Below, piece after piece: positions 1-8,686 of a stretch of DNA of 32,000 bases. The position numbers and the translations under genes are program-made. Source of the DNA: Solitalea koreensis (GTDB lineage Bacteria > Bacteroidota > Bacteroidia > Sphingobacteriales > Sphingobacteriaceae); the NCBI RefSeq assembly GCF_900182575.1, contig NZ_FXSZ01000002.1:263501-295500 (forward strand), in the 5' to 3' direction. The stretch's first letter is position 1. The number at the start of each line of letters is the position of its first letter. Under the pieces are notes generated by a model. It searched no databases and had not been told where the DNA came from. It saw only the letters and a list, made by a program, of their open reading frames with translations.

Positions 1-1957
1 AAATGCCGTTATTCCAGGCATGTTCGCCTCCGGCATTGTAATTCTTGTTAGCCAATGTTTTTAACTTTGAAGCCCTTCCTGTAGCCGCATTAATCGTGAA
101 GGTTTTCTGCACTTTATCAACCACAACATTGTTATAAATAACCCCTACTGTAAGTTTGGCGTTGGCAGTGATGTCGACAGGACCAGTATAGGCTTTGGCA
201 TCCTTGGTTGGTAAGGAACCATCGGTAGTATAAAATACCTGAAAGCCATTTGGAATTCCTACAACCTTCGCCATTAATTTGTTGCTCACAGAATCAACGA
301 AGCTGTTTATTTTGATATCGAATAAGTGTTTCGAATAATTCACCTGATGCTTATCAAGTCTTTTCAAATAAGGTAACAATCTACTTAAAAACTGCTCATA
401 AGTTTGTTTTTTCGCAGACCAGGTAGCTTCAGACAAAGCCACAGAACGAGGAAAAAACATATATTCAGCTTGTTGAACTGAAGGAACAAATTCAGTCCAC
501 AGATTACCTTGCGCGCCTGCTACTAATTTTCCCTCTTCTGCCGTAAGCTCTTTCGGAATGGGTTGATAGCTGTAAACTTTGGCTAGTTTGGTGAGCCCTC
601 CGAAAGCGGCAGGTTCATTAGGATCATCCGACTGAAAATGGTCGAAATAACAATATTCGCCAGGTGTCATTATTACGTTGTGACCTTGTTTAGCCGCTTC
701 AATTCCTCCTTTTTCACCACGCCAGCTCATTACCGTAGCATTGGGTGCTAATCCGCCTTCTAAAATTTCATCCCAACCAATTATTTGTCTTCCCTTTTGG
801 TTAACAAAACGTTCTATACGTTTAATAAAGTAGCTTTGTAATTCTTCTACCGATTTTAAATGTTCGTCTTTAATGCGTTGCTGACAAATACGGCATTTGC
901 GCCAATTAACTTTCGACGCTTCATCACCCGCTACATGAATATATTTACTTGGAAATACATTCATCACCTCAGTTAAAATATCTGTAAGGAAAGTAAACGT
1001 AGCATCTTTGGTACAAAATTCATCCTGAACTTGCGAAGGATAAGGGAATGCTTTACCAGTACTGTCTAAACAAGCCAATTCAGGATAAGCCGCCAATGCC
1101 GATTTAGAATGCGCGGGCATTTCAATTTCGGGAATGATAGTTATAAACTTTGATTGTGCATAGGCCACCAATTTCCTCAACTGTGCTTGCGTATAATAAC
1201 CACCATACAGGGAATCATCAGGTCTGGATGCGTAATCATAAGTAGTATTTAACGGCGTACCTTTACGATAAGCCCCGATATTAGTAAGTTTTGGATACTT
1301 TTTGCTTTCGAAACGCCATCCTTGACTATCGGTTAAATGCAAATGCAGTTTGTTCATTTTTTGCATTGCCATCAAATCGATCAACTTCTCAAGAAATGAA
1401 TAAGGCATATAATGGCGAGCCACATCCATCATTAATCCTCGGTAAGAAAAGCTTGGCGCATCTTCTATCGTTACCGCCGGCACTTTCCAGGTTACATTAT
1501 TTGCCAGAGTGCTGCTTTCTATATCATCAGGCAAAAGCTGCAACAGTGATTGAACAGCATAAAAAACACCAATAGGAGTTTTTGCCTTGATATTTATTTG
1601 TTTAGGCGATACAACCAATTGATAACCTTCAGCCTCAGTAATTGAGTTATTAAGTTCAACTACAATTACATTGGTTTTATTGGCTTTTTTCCCTTTTGTT
1701 AAAACGATGCCGGATGCGGTTTTCAATTTTGAAACCAAAGGCTCAATTGCAGTGGCAAGCTCCTTATTATGGCTTTTATTAACAATTTTTGTAGTTCCTG
1801 AAAAAATAAATTCTCCATCTCCCCTTTCAACTTTATTTGGATAAGGAATAATATTAAAGGACTGACTAAAACCCTTAAAAGGAAAAAAAGAAATCATGCT
1901 CAGCATGACTATTGCTGAAACATAGGTGGTTATTTTATTTTTTATAAACTGATTCAT
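1..1957 (-). CDS. Beta-N-acetylhexosaminidase, GH20 family (partial; C-terminus runs off the window start)
   Basis: Not in the ORF track because it is edge-truncated. Manual minus-strand translation from the ATG at 1957-1955 gives MNQFIKNKITTYVSAIVMLSMISFFPFKGFSQS (signal-peptide-like). Further on it gives KMNKLHLHLTDSQGWRFESKKYPKLT, IPEIEMPAHS, YIHVAGDEASKVNW, IIGWDEILEGG and VMSWRGEKGG. The frame stays open to position 2. HLHLTD-QGWR and the D-E catalytic pair are GH20 hallmarks. Confidence 0.85.
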   Translation of the reverse strand, partial: MNQFIKNKITTYVSAIVMLSMISFFPFKGFSQSFNIIPYPNKVERGDGEFIFSGTTKIVNKSHNKELATAIEPLVSKLKTASGIVLTKGKKANKTNVIVVELNNSITEAEGYQLVVSPKQINIKAKTPIGVFYAVQSLLQLLPDDIESSTLANNVTWKVPAVTIEDAPSFSYRGLMMDVARHYMPYSFLEKLIDLMAMQKMNKLHLHLTDSQGWRFESKKYPKLTNIGAYRKGTPLNTTYDYASRPDDSLYGGYYTQAQLRKLVAYAQSKFITIIPEIEMPAHSKSALAAYPELACLDSTGKAFPYPSQVQDEFCTKDATFTFLTDILTEVMNVFPSKYIHVAGDEASKVNWRKCRICQQRIKDEHLKSVEELQSYFIKRIERFVNQKGRQIIGWDEILEGGLAPNATVMSWRGEKGGIEAAKQGHNVIMTPGEYCYFDHFQSDDPNEPAAFGGLTKLAKVYSYQPIPKELTAEEGKLVAGAQGNLWTEFVPSVQQAEYMFFPRSVALSEATWSAKKQTYEQFLSRLLPYLKRLDKHQVNYSKHLFDIKINSFVDSVSNKLMAKVVGIPNGFQVFYTTDGSLPTKDAKAYTGPVDITANAKLTVGVIYNNVVVDKVQKTFTINAATGRASKLKTLANKNYNAGGEHAWNNGI

Positions 1958-1995
1958 AATAGCTTTACTTTCAGGAATCTTCAAAACTGATTCAA

Positions 1996-2760
1996 TTAAT
2001 TATTTAGTTTGATAAAACCACCATCTATAGGGTAGTCACAGCCGGTTATAAAACCGGATTCATCAGAGCAGAGATACAAGGCCAGAGAAGCAACCTCCTC
2101 TGGTTTACCCATTCGTCCCATAGGTTGACTTTTTGATAGTTTTTCAAAAATCTCCTCTTCTTTTCCAGCGTAATTTTTAGCGATAAAGCCATCCACAAAT
2201 GGAGTATGAACGCGTGCCGGAGAAATACTATTACATCGAATATTATCTTGCAAATAATCTTTAGCAACTGACAAAGTCATAGCGAACACAGCACCTTTAC
2301 TCATTGAATAAGCAAAGCGATCAGGTATGCCTACCAAGGTTGCAATAGAAGCCATGTTAAGGATTGCACCTCCACCGTTATTTCTCATTAGTGGAATTAC
2401 GGCAAACAAACAATTATAGGCACCTTTTACATTCACATCAAACACTTTGGTAAAATCTGCTTCACTCGTTGTATCGGCCTTTCCAATATGCGCGATACCT
2501 GCATTATTCACCAGAATATCTACTTTACCTATTTTATTGAATACTTCGACAACTTCTTGCTGATTGGCTACATTACAGGAATGACCAAACACTTTACCAC
2601 CTGTTGCTTCAATTGCAGCAATAGTAGCAGCTGTATTTTCTTTACTTAATTCTAAAATATGAACCGTTGCACCTTGCTTGGCAAATAATTCGCTGATTGC
2701 GCGACCTATACCGCTTCCGCCACCTGTTATAACTGCTGTTTTATTTTGTAATGAAAACAT
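1996..2760 (-). CDS. Short-chain dehydrogenase/reductase (classical SDR). Context suggests a 2-keto-3-deoxy-sugar-acid (e.g. L-fuconate-derived) dehydrogenase.
   Basis: 254-aa ORF with an ATG start. It has the TGGGSGIGRA Rossmann motif, NNAG and the catalytic YSMSK (YxxxK). Substrate is inferred from neighbours only. Confidence 0.85.
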   Translation of the reverse strand: MFSLQNKTAVITGGGSGIGRAISELFAKQGATVHILELSKENTAATIAAIEATGGKVFGHSCNVANQQEVVEVFNKIGKVDILVNNAGIAHIGKADTTSEADFTKVFDVNVKGAYNCLFAVIPLMRNNGGGAILNMASIATLVGIPDRFAYSMSKGAVFAMTLSVAKDYLQDNIRCNSISPARVHTPFVDGFIAKNYAGKEEEIFEKLSKSQPMGRMGKPEEVASLALYLCSDESGFITGCDYPIDGGFIKLNN

Positions 2761-2809
2761 GACTTTTATTTATATTTTTTAATAACTCAATGAATAAATA
2801 GGTGAAAAA

Positions 2810-5017
2810 CTATTCGATAGTAAACCAGGTATAACTTTCCGGTTCAATACTACAGGTTAATTCAACTTCGTAGTTCCGGTTAAGTTTATAGGATTTATAG
2901 TCACCGTCCTTCTCTTTTAATTTGGCAGATGTTGCTAATCCGGTATAATACAACGGAACTTTAATGGTTCTTGTAATTTTTTCCTTTAATGGATTGTATA
3001 GCATCACCAATCCTTTTGTTTTTAGATTAGGATTAACGTGCAATAGGCCATCCCAATCTCTTCCATCAGCTCTGCGTAAATGAATAATGTCGGAATTGAG
3101 AATATCACGATACTTTTTATACCAGCTGATAACATTTATTACCGTTTGTTTAGTGGTTTCGGTATCGTATAGTCTTGGACCACGATAACACGCTTGTACT
3201 CCGGCACCATAATACTGCATCATTAGTTGATCATAATCTTTCAAATGTTCAGAAAGTGGTTCCAAGACAGATTCGGGTCCACCACCATGATAACGGGTAA
3301 GCGGTACAAAACCCCAACCCATGGATGCTGTTTTTTCCCAGGTGCCATCAAAAATATTCTGGCGGTTTAAAATTTTCTGATTCTCTCTGGGTAATGAAAA
3401 GTTTACTTCCCGATAACCGATGGCTATTTTATGTGTACCATCCAAAAAGTACCAATCAGGAGCGTTCACATATACTCCTTTTTCATTAAGCCAGTGGTAT
3501 AACTCTTTTTGAATCTCCATTTGTCGCCATTGCGAATCATCCAAACCTATATGCCCCGGATGGGTGGTTGATGCACATACATCACCAGGGTATGGCCCAT
3601 CATTTTCCCAAATATCAAAACCAGTTTGGGTATAGAATTTTTTTATCTTATCACGGTAGCCCAAGCCCCATTTACTACCATAACAAGGAGCATGACCGAA
3701 AAATGCGCCACCAGGTTTACCTGTTTTTGGATCGACAACATCATCTTCATCACTAATTCTACGGCTACTGAACAAGGAGTAACCTCCTATCATTATTCCT
3801 TTACTATGGGCATAATCAGCAAGAACCTTCCATTTTTGTAAATTGGTTGCTGTTGTGTCTTCCATATTTACATGACTACCAAAACTAAGTATCAATGCTT
3901 CATAACCGGTAGCAGCACATTGATCAACAGCTGTACGAACCTGTTCATCATTTTTACTAACCAAGTGCATGAAAATTGGGTTAGCAGTTGTCCATGGTGC
4001 AACTGTAGCGTACATTTTACGAATAGCTAATCCTCGTCTTTCTCTGTCGTAACTATCGATTAGCAACTCATGTGTACGCACTGATTTGAAATTTTCACCA
4101 GGCTGTAATTCAATGTCAGGATCTTTTACCGGATACACCTCCAATAAACAAGGGGTGTGATAATCGTAGTTTACCTGAGAAGTATAAGTTGAATCAACTT
4201 TCCAATGGGTAGTTTGGTCGCTGATATCGTACCGCATGGCATTATTGAACGCATAATTGGTTTCTATATAAATACCATGAGGTTTTTTCATCACTTCAGG
4301 TTTTCCCACCACAGCACTTTCTTCTTCTACGGTTCCTAAAATTTCATTGACAACACGATCTATCTTAAATACTTTATTGCCTTTATTTTCGATGCTGAGG
4401 GATTTTACAATTAAAGGTAGTCCATCATACAATTCATAATTCACTCTCACTTGCAAACCTGATAGGCGTGCAACACTAGGCTCGTATAGAAATGAAATCA
4501 TTTTACCAGTGGCCTGACTATTATTGGTAGCCCAAAACTTATTTTTCCATTGTAAGTAAGGCGTAAGTGGTTTTATTTCAAATGAAACAAACTGAAAATC
4601 GTTTTCTCCCTTTGTAAACTTATTTACCCATTCCGGTCTGAGATACGCATTTTCTTTTTGTCCACTCAATCCTCCAACATTATAATCTATTCCATTAATA
4701 GTTAAACGGGCTTCAGCTTTTACCGACCTAAGCAATTGTTCATCATTGATAAGGTTTGAATAATCAATACAAGCAACATTGGGCGTAATAGTAAAAACTC
4801 TTCTTACTAAACCATTGCTAAGAATGATCTCTTTATTGTTTTCACTTTTATAAATGGTTGCAATATATGGTTGAGCGTTTAACAGCCAATCAACTTTTTT
4901 TATATTTTGAATTTTAGCATTCAAAACCGGCAACTGTTGGATGCTTGTTTGAGCCTGAACATGAATTGCGGCACCTGACAGAAGTAAAAACAGTATTTTA
5001 TTGAAACCCATAATCAT
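2810..5017 (-). CDS. Secreted glycoside-hydrolase-like protein, family uncertain (possibly clan GH-D / alpha-galactosidase-like TIM barrel)
   Basis: 735-aa ORF. The N-terminal MIMGFNKILFLLLSGAAIHVQAQ looks like a signal peptide. GFDIWENDGPYPG resembles the G-x-D-x-x-K/E-x-D nucleophile region of GH27/36 enzymes. It sits inside the sugar operon. The family call is weak. Confidence 0.55.
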   Translation of the reverse strand: MIMGFNKILFLLLSGAAIHVQAQTSIQQLPVLNAKIQNIKKVDWLLNAQPYIATIYKSENNKEIILSNGLVRRVFTITPNVACIDYSNLINDEQLLRSVKAEARLTINGIDYNVGGLSGQKENAYLRPEWVNKFTKGENDFQFVSFEIKPLTPYLQWKNKFWATNNSQATGKMISFLYEPSVARLSGLQVRVNYELYDGLPLIVKSLSIENKGNKVFKIDRVVNEILGTVEEESAVVGKPEVMKKPHGIYIETNYAFNNAMRYDISDQTTHWKVDSTYTSQVNYDYHTPCLLEVYPVKDPDIELQPGENFKSVRTHELLIDSYDRERRGLAIRKMYATVAPWTTANPIFMHLVSKNDEQVRTAVDQCAATGYEALILSFGSHVNMEDTTATNLQKWKVLADYAHSKGIMIGGYSLFSSRRISDEDDVVDPKTGKPGGAFFGHAPCYGSKWGLGYRDKIKKFYTQTGFDIWENDGPYPGDVCASTTHPGHIGLDDSQWRQMEIQKELYHWLNEKGVYVNAPDWYFLDGTHKIAIGYREVNFSLPRENQKILNRQNIFDGTWEKTASMGWGFVPLTRYHGGGPESVLEPLSEHLKDYDQLMMQYYGAGVQACYRGPRLYDTETTKQTVINVISWYKKYRDILNSDIIHLRRADGRDWDGLLHVNPNLKTKGLVMLYNPLKEKITRTIKVPLYYTGLATSAKLKEKDGDYKSYKLNRNYEVELTCSIEPESYTWFTIE

Positions 5018-5126
5018 TTTAATTTTTCAGTGAAATACTTCTATAAAATTAGACTAGCATGTGACACTCCTTCTCCCCGCCGATACTTACAACGACTCCC
5101 TGTTAAACAAAAAACGCTAGGATACA

Positions 5127-6779
5127 TTATAATGAAACGCCTCGTTTCCATGGAATAAAATCATCCTGACCTAATTCTACAGACTTAGGAATAATTTCTC
5201 CGCTAGCCGCTTTAATACAATATTCCAAAATCTCCTCTCCCATTTGTTCGAGTGTTTTTTCGCCGGTAATTACACCACCGCAATCAATATCAATAATATC
5301 ACTCATTCTGGTAGCCAAGGCCGTATTAGATGAGAGCTTAATAGTTGGGCAAACAACATTGCCGGTTGGTGTTCCTAAACCGGTGGTAAACAAAATCAGA
5401 GTAGCACCACTGGCTGCTTTTCCGGTAGTAGCCTCCACATCATTACCTGGTGTACAAACCAAATGCAGACCCGGCTTAACAACTGGTTCCGTATAATCTA
5501 AAACATCAGTAATTGGGGCTGTACCTCCTTTTTTAGCCGCTCCAACAGATTTTATCGCATCGGTAATTAATCCATCCTTAATATTACCCGGTGAAGGATT
5601 CATATAAAAACCACTACCTACAGCTTTTGCCTGAGCGTCATAAGCCTTCATGAGATGAGTGAATTTATCAGCAGCTTGGTGGGTAACACAGCGGTCAACT
5701 AAGTTTTGTTCAGCGCCAAACAGTTCAGGAAACTCCGCCAATAAAACTTGTCCACCTAGTGCTACTAATAAATCAGAAGTATATCCAACTGCCGGATTTG
5801 CCGAAATACCTGAGAACCCATCAGAACCTCCACATTTTACGCCAATGCAAAGTTTACTTAGTGGTTGAGGAGTTCTCTCGACTTTGTTTACTTCAATTAA
5901 GCCCTCAAATGTTTTTTGAATAGCTTCTGCAATCATTAATTCTTCTGATACAGCCGATTGTTGTTCGAAAATATACATCGGCTTATTAAAGTTAGGATTG
6001 CGTTTTTTGATGTCTTGCAGTAATAAATCAACTTGCAAGTGCTGACAGCCTAAACTCAGAATAGTGATACCGGCAACATTGGCGTGGTCGGCATATGAAG
6101 CTAATAATTTGCTAAGCATTTCACTATCTTGCCTTGTGCCACCACAACCGCCTTCATGATTTAAAAATTTAATACCATCAATGTTTGGAAACAAACGATC
6201 ATTAATAATAATATCTTCTTCCTGTAACAAAAATTGTGGGGTCAGCGTCGCCGTATCGGTTTGTTGTTTATGAGCTGAAATTAATTTACTAACTGCTTTC
6301 CGGTATTTATGAGATGGCGCATACCCCAATTGTTGAAGCAGCGCATCTTTGATATAATCCAGATTTCTATTTTCGCAAAAAACCGTTGGAATAAATAACC
6401 AATAATTAGCTGTTCCTACTCTTCCATCGTTACGTAAATAACCGTTAAAAGTTCTTTCTTCCCATTTGTTCACATCCGGTGCTGTCCAATGATAATCATT
6501 TTGCTTTTTATAATTTTCATTAGAAGCATGCTTGATATTATGAGTATGAATTAACTCTCCTTTTTGAATAGATTGAGTGGCTTTGCCAACCAAAACACCA
6601 TACATAATAATCTCATCACCCACGACAAAATGCTTCATGGCAAACTTGTGCTTGGCTGCAATATCATTTTGCAAAGTATAACATTCATTCTTAAATTCGA
6701 TAATATCGTTTTTGGACAAATCGGTTAAAGCAACTAGTACGTTATCTGTAGAATGAATTTGTAATATTTTTTGAAACAT
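5127..6779 (-). CDS. UxaA-family sugar-acid dehydratase (altronate dehydratase-like, N-terminal SAF domain)
   Basis: 550-aa ORF. The N-terminal VLVALTDL...G..I beta-clip resembles a SAF domain. The C-terminal region, with a CGGT..D-type cysteine region (NHEGGCGGTRQD) and GVKCGGSDGFSG, is typical of UxaA/GarD-family dehydratases. Confidence 0.8.
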   Translation of the reverse strand: MFQKILQIHSTDNVLVALTDLSKNDIIEFKNECYTLQNDIAAKHKFAMKHFVVGDEIIMYGVLVGKATQSIQKGELIHTHNIKHASNENYKKQNDYHWTAPDVNKWEERTFNGYLRNDGRVGTANYWLFIPTVFCENRNLDYIKDALLQQLGYAPSHKYRKAVSKLISAHKQQTDTATLTPQFLLQEEDIIINDRLFPNIDGIKFLNHEGGCGGTRQDSEMLSKLLASYADHANVAGITILSLGCQHLQVDLLLQDIKKRNPNFNKPMYIFEQQSAVSEELMIAEAIQKTFEGLIEVNKVERTPQPLSKLCIGVKCGGSDGFSGISANPAVGYTSDLLVALGGQVLLAEFPELFGAEQNLVDRCVTHQAADKFTHLMKAYDAQAKAVGSGFYMNPSPGNIKDGLITDAIKSVGAAKKGGTAPITDVLDYTEPVVKPGLHLVCTPGNDVEATTGKAASGATLILFTTGLGTPTGNVVCPTIKLSSNTALATRMSDIIDIDCGGVITGEKTLEQMGEEILEYCIKAASGEIIPKSVELGQDDFIPWKRGVSL

Positions 6780-6808
6780 AAAAGTGATTGTTATTGCACC
6801 TGAACTAA

Positions 6809-8092
6809 TTAATTGCTTTCTGTTTTAATTTTATGACCCTTCCAACCGAACCAGGCCACAACTATAAAGCAAACCAATGGTACTGTATAGCCATACTGAA
6901 TGTTATCAATTGATTCGCCAACCATTGCAAAAACGCGCGGCAATATAGCACCTCCAACAATTGACATTACGATTAAGCTACTTCCGAATTCTGTATCGCC
7001 ACCCAAATCTTTAATGCCTAAAGAAAAAATAGTAGGGAACATAATAGACATAAAGAAGCATATACCTATTACTGTATACACGGTAATCATTCCATGCGCA
7101 AATATGGCAACTAAGCATAATGCTATATTTATTACGGCATAAGAAGCAAGTAAATACTGAGGTTTGATGAAAACATTTAAACCTGTTCCTACAAATCGGC
7201 CTATTAAAAAGGCAATACCGCATATTCCAAGATAGTCAGCTGCCTGTACATCTGTTATACCTGCTGATTTTGTTGCATATAAAATAAACAAACTAAAAAC
7301 ACAAACCTGAGCGCCTACATAGAAAAATTGAGCCGCTACCCCCCACGATAAATGCTTGTGTTTAAAGGCATGTAAAATGTTTTTACCAGCAACATGTTCG
7401 CCGGTTGTTTGAATTTTTGGAAGCTTAACTAATGAGAATAAGATTGCTATCAAAACCAGAATACCACCTAAAACAAGATAAGGTGTTTTTACTGAAGAGG
7501 CCTCTGCTGCTAGTGCAAGTTTTTTGGCACCTTCGGTCATTGCATTTAATTCATTATCTGTATGCCCTTTTGTTAGTATAAGTCTTGCTCCGATAACAGG
7601 AGCTAAAGCAGCAGCCAGCCCATTAAACGATTGTGCAAAATTCAGTCTTAACACCGATGTTTTAGCATCACCAAGAGAAGATATATAGGGATTTGCTGCG
7701 GTTTCTAAAATAGTTAAGCCACAAGCTATAATAAACAATGCTACCAAGAAGAAGCCGTAAAGCTGAGTGTTTGCGGCAGGAATAAACAGGAACGAACCCG
7801 TAGCAAAAATCAATAATCCTATAATGATACTCGATTTATAACCATATTTCTTCATGATAATGCCCGCAGGTATAGCCATTATAAAATAAGCTATAAATAC
7901 AGCAGAATCAACCAATGTGGCCTGAACGGCGGTAAGTGTAAATGAGCGTTTTAAATGCGGTATTAGTATTGGATCCAAGTTATGTGCAAACCCCCACAGG
8001 AAGAATAAGCTTGTTACCAAAATAAGTGGTACTAAATAGTTTTTGGTTCTGCTAGGACTTTTAACAGCTACGGTTTGAGTTGATAATTCCAT
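6809..8092 (-). CDS. fucP: L-fucose:H+ symporter permease (MFS, FucP family)
   Basis: 427-aa, 12-TM-like hydrophobic protein. The N-terminal LILVTSLFFLWGFAHNLDPILIPHLKRSF matches the FucP-family signature region. It lies next to a mutarotase and a sugar-acid dehydratase. Confidence 0.8.
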   Translation of the reverse strand: MELSTQTVAVKSPSRTKNYLVPLILVTSLFFLWGFAHNLDPILIPHLKRSFTLTAVQATLVDSAVFIAYFIMAIPAGIIMKKYGYKSSIIIGLLIFATGSFLFIPAANTQLYGFFLVALFIIACGLTILETAANPYISSLGDAKTSVLRLNFAQSFNGLAAALAPVIGARLILTKGHTDNELNAMTEGAKKLALAAEASSVKTPYLVLGGILVLIAILFSLVKLPKIQTTGEHVAGKNILHAFKHKHLSWGVAAQFFYVGAQVCVFSLFILYATKSAGITDVQAADYLGICGIAFLIGRFVGTGLNVFIKPQYLLASYAVINIALCLVAIFAHGMITVYTVIGICFFMSIMFPTIFSLGIKDLGGDTEFGSSLIVMSIVGGAILPRVFAMVGESIDNIQYGYTVPLVCFIVVAWFGWKGHKIKTESN

Positions 8093-8105
8093 GAAAGAGT
8101 TTAGG

Positions 8106-8438
8106 TTAAAGTTGAAAGATTTTATTCATTTCTACCCATTTCTGACCAGGTAAGGCAGATGGTAAGGCTTGTTGATAGTTCCACATCAGCGTTTCCCATT
8201 CCTGTACTTTTGGATTATTATCATCCATAGTACTCTTTTTTTCAAAAGAAAATTGTTCATTGGCTTCCAGTATCATGAACAACCTGTTTTCAATGCGATA
8301 AATTTCAAGACGTTCAATTCCTGCAGCAGTTATGCTCTCTAAAATTTCCGGCCAAACTTGTTGATGATACTTTTCGTATTCTGTAATTAGCGCTGCATCA
8401 GGTATTAAATCAAGTGCAAGGCAGTGTCTTTTTAACAT
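8106..8438 (-). CDS. L-rhamnose mutarotase-family (DUF718) protein, probable L-fucose/L-rhamnose mutarotase
   Basis: 110-aa ORF. MLKRHCLALDLIPDAALITEYEKYHQQVWPEILESI and RLFMILE are typical of RhaM-family mutarotases. It is the first gene of the minus-strand operon. Confidence 0.7.
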   Translation of the reverse strand: MLKRHCLALDLIPDAALITEYEKYHQQVWPEILESITAAGIERLEIYRIENRLFMILEANEQFSFEKKSTMDDNNPKVQEWETLMWNYQQALPSALPGQKWVEMNKIFQL

Positions 8439-8542
8439 TATTTAAATAGTAAGGTTGTTAATAATTTTTCGAATTCAATATCTATATGCAATAGCTTTAG
8501 CTTAACAAGTGTAAATCCTCGCAATTTTAAACATTGTATTTC

Positions 8543-8609
8543 ACAAAGAAAGTGTTATTGTTCAAAATTAATTTTATCTAATTGTCGAATTAATAAACGA
8601 TATTAACAT
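8543..8609 (-). promoter_or_regulatory. Putative promoter/operator of the mutarotase-fucP-uxaA operon, copy 1 of the conserved box
   Basis: A 27-nt box at 8583-8609 (tgtcgaattaataaacgatattaacat) matches 11428-11454 at 26/27 positions. In both copies the box lies exactly 30 nt upstream (minus sense) of a TTTCTTTG element (caaagaaa on plus, 8544-8551). Confidence 0.5.
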
Positions 8610-8686
8610 ACAATGCTACAAATTGACTCAAATAAATGAATATAGCATTGAAGTCTTCTTACTGAAAATCGCATAAAGCAAATAGC

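Noticed and set aside
1291-1575. 94-aa plus-strand ORF from the track
   Set aside because: It lies entirely antisense to the well-supported, motif-rich GH20 hexosaminidase reading frame, and its sequence is low-complexity and non-protein-like.
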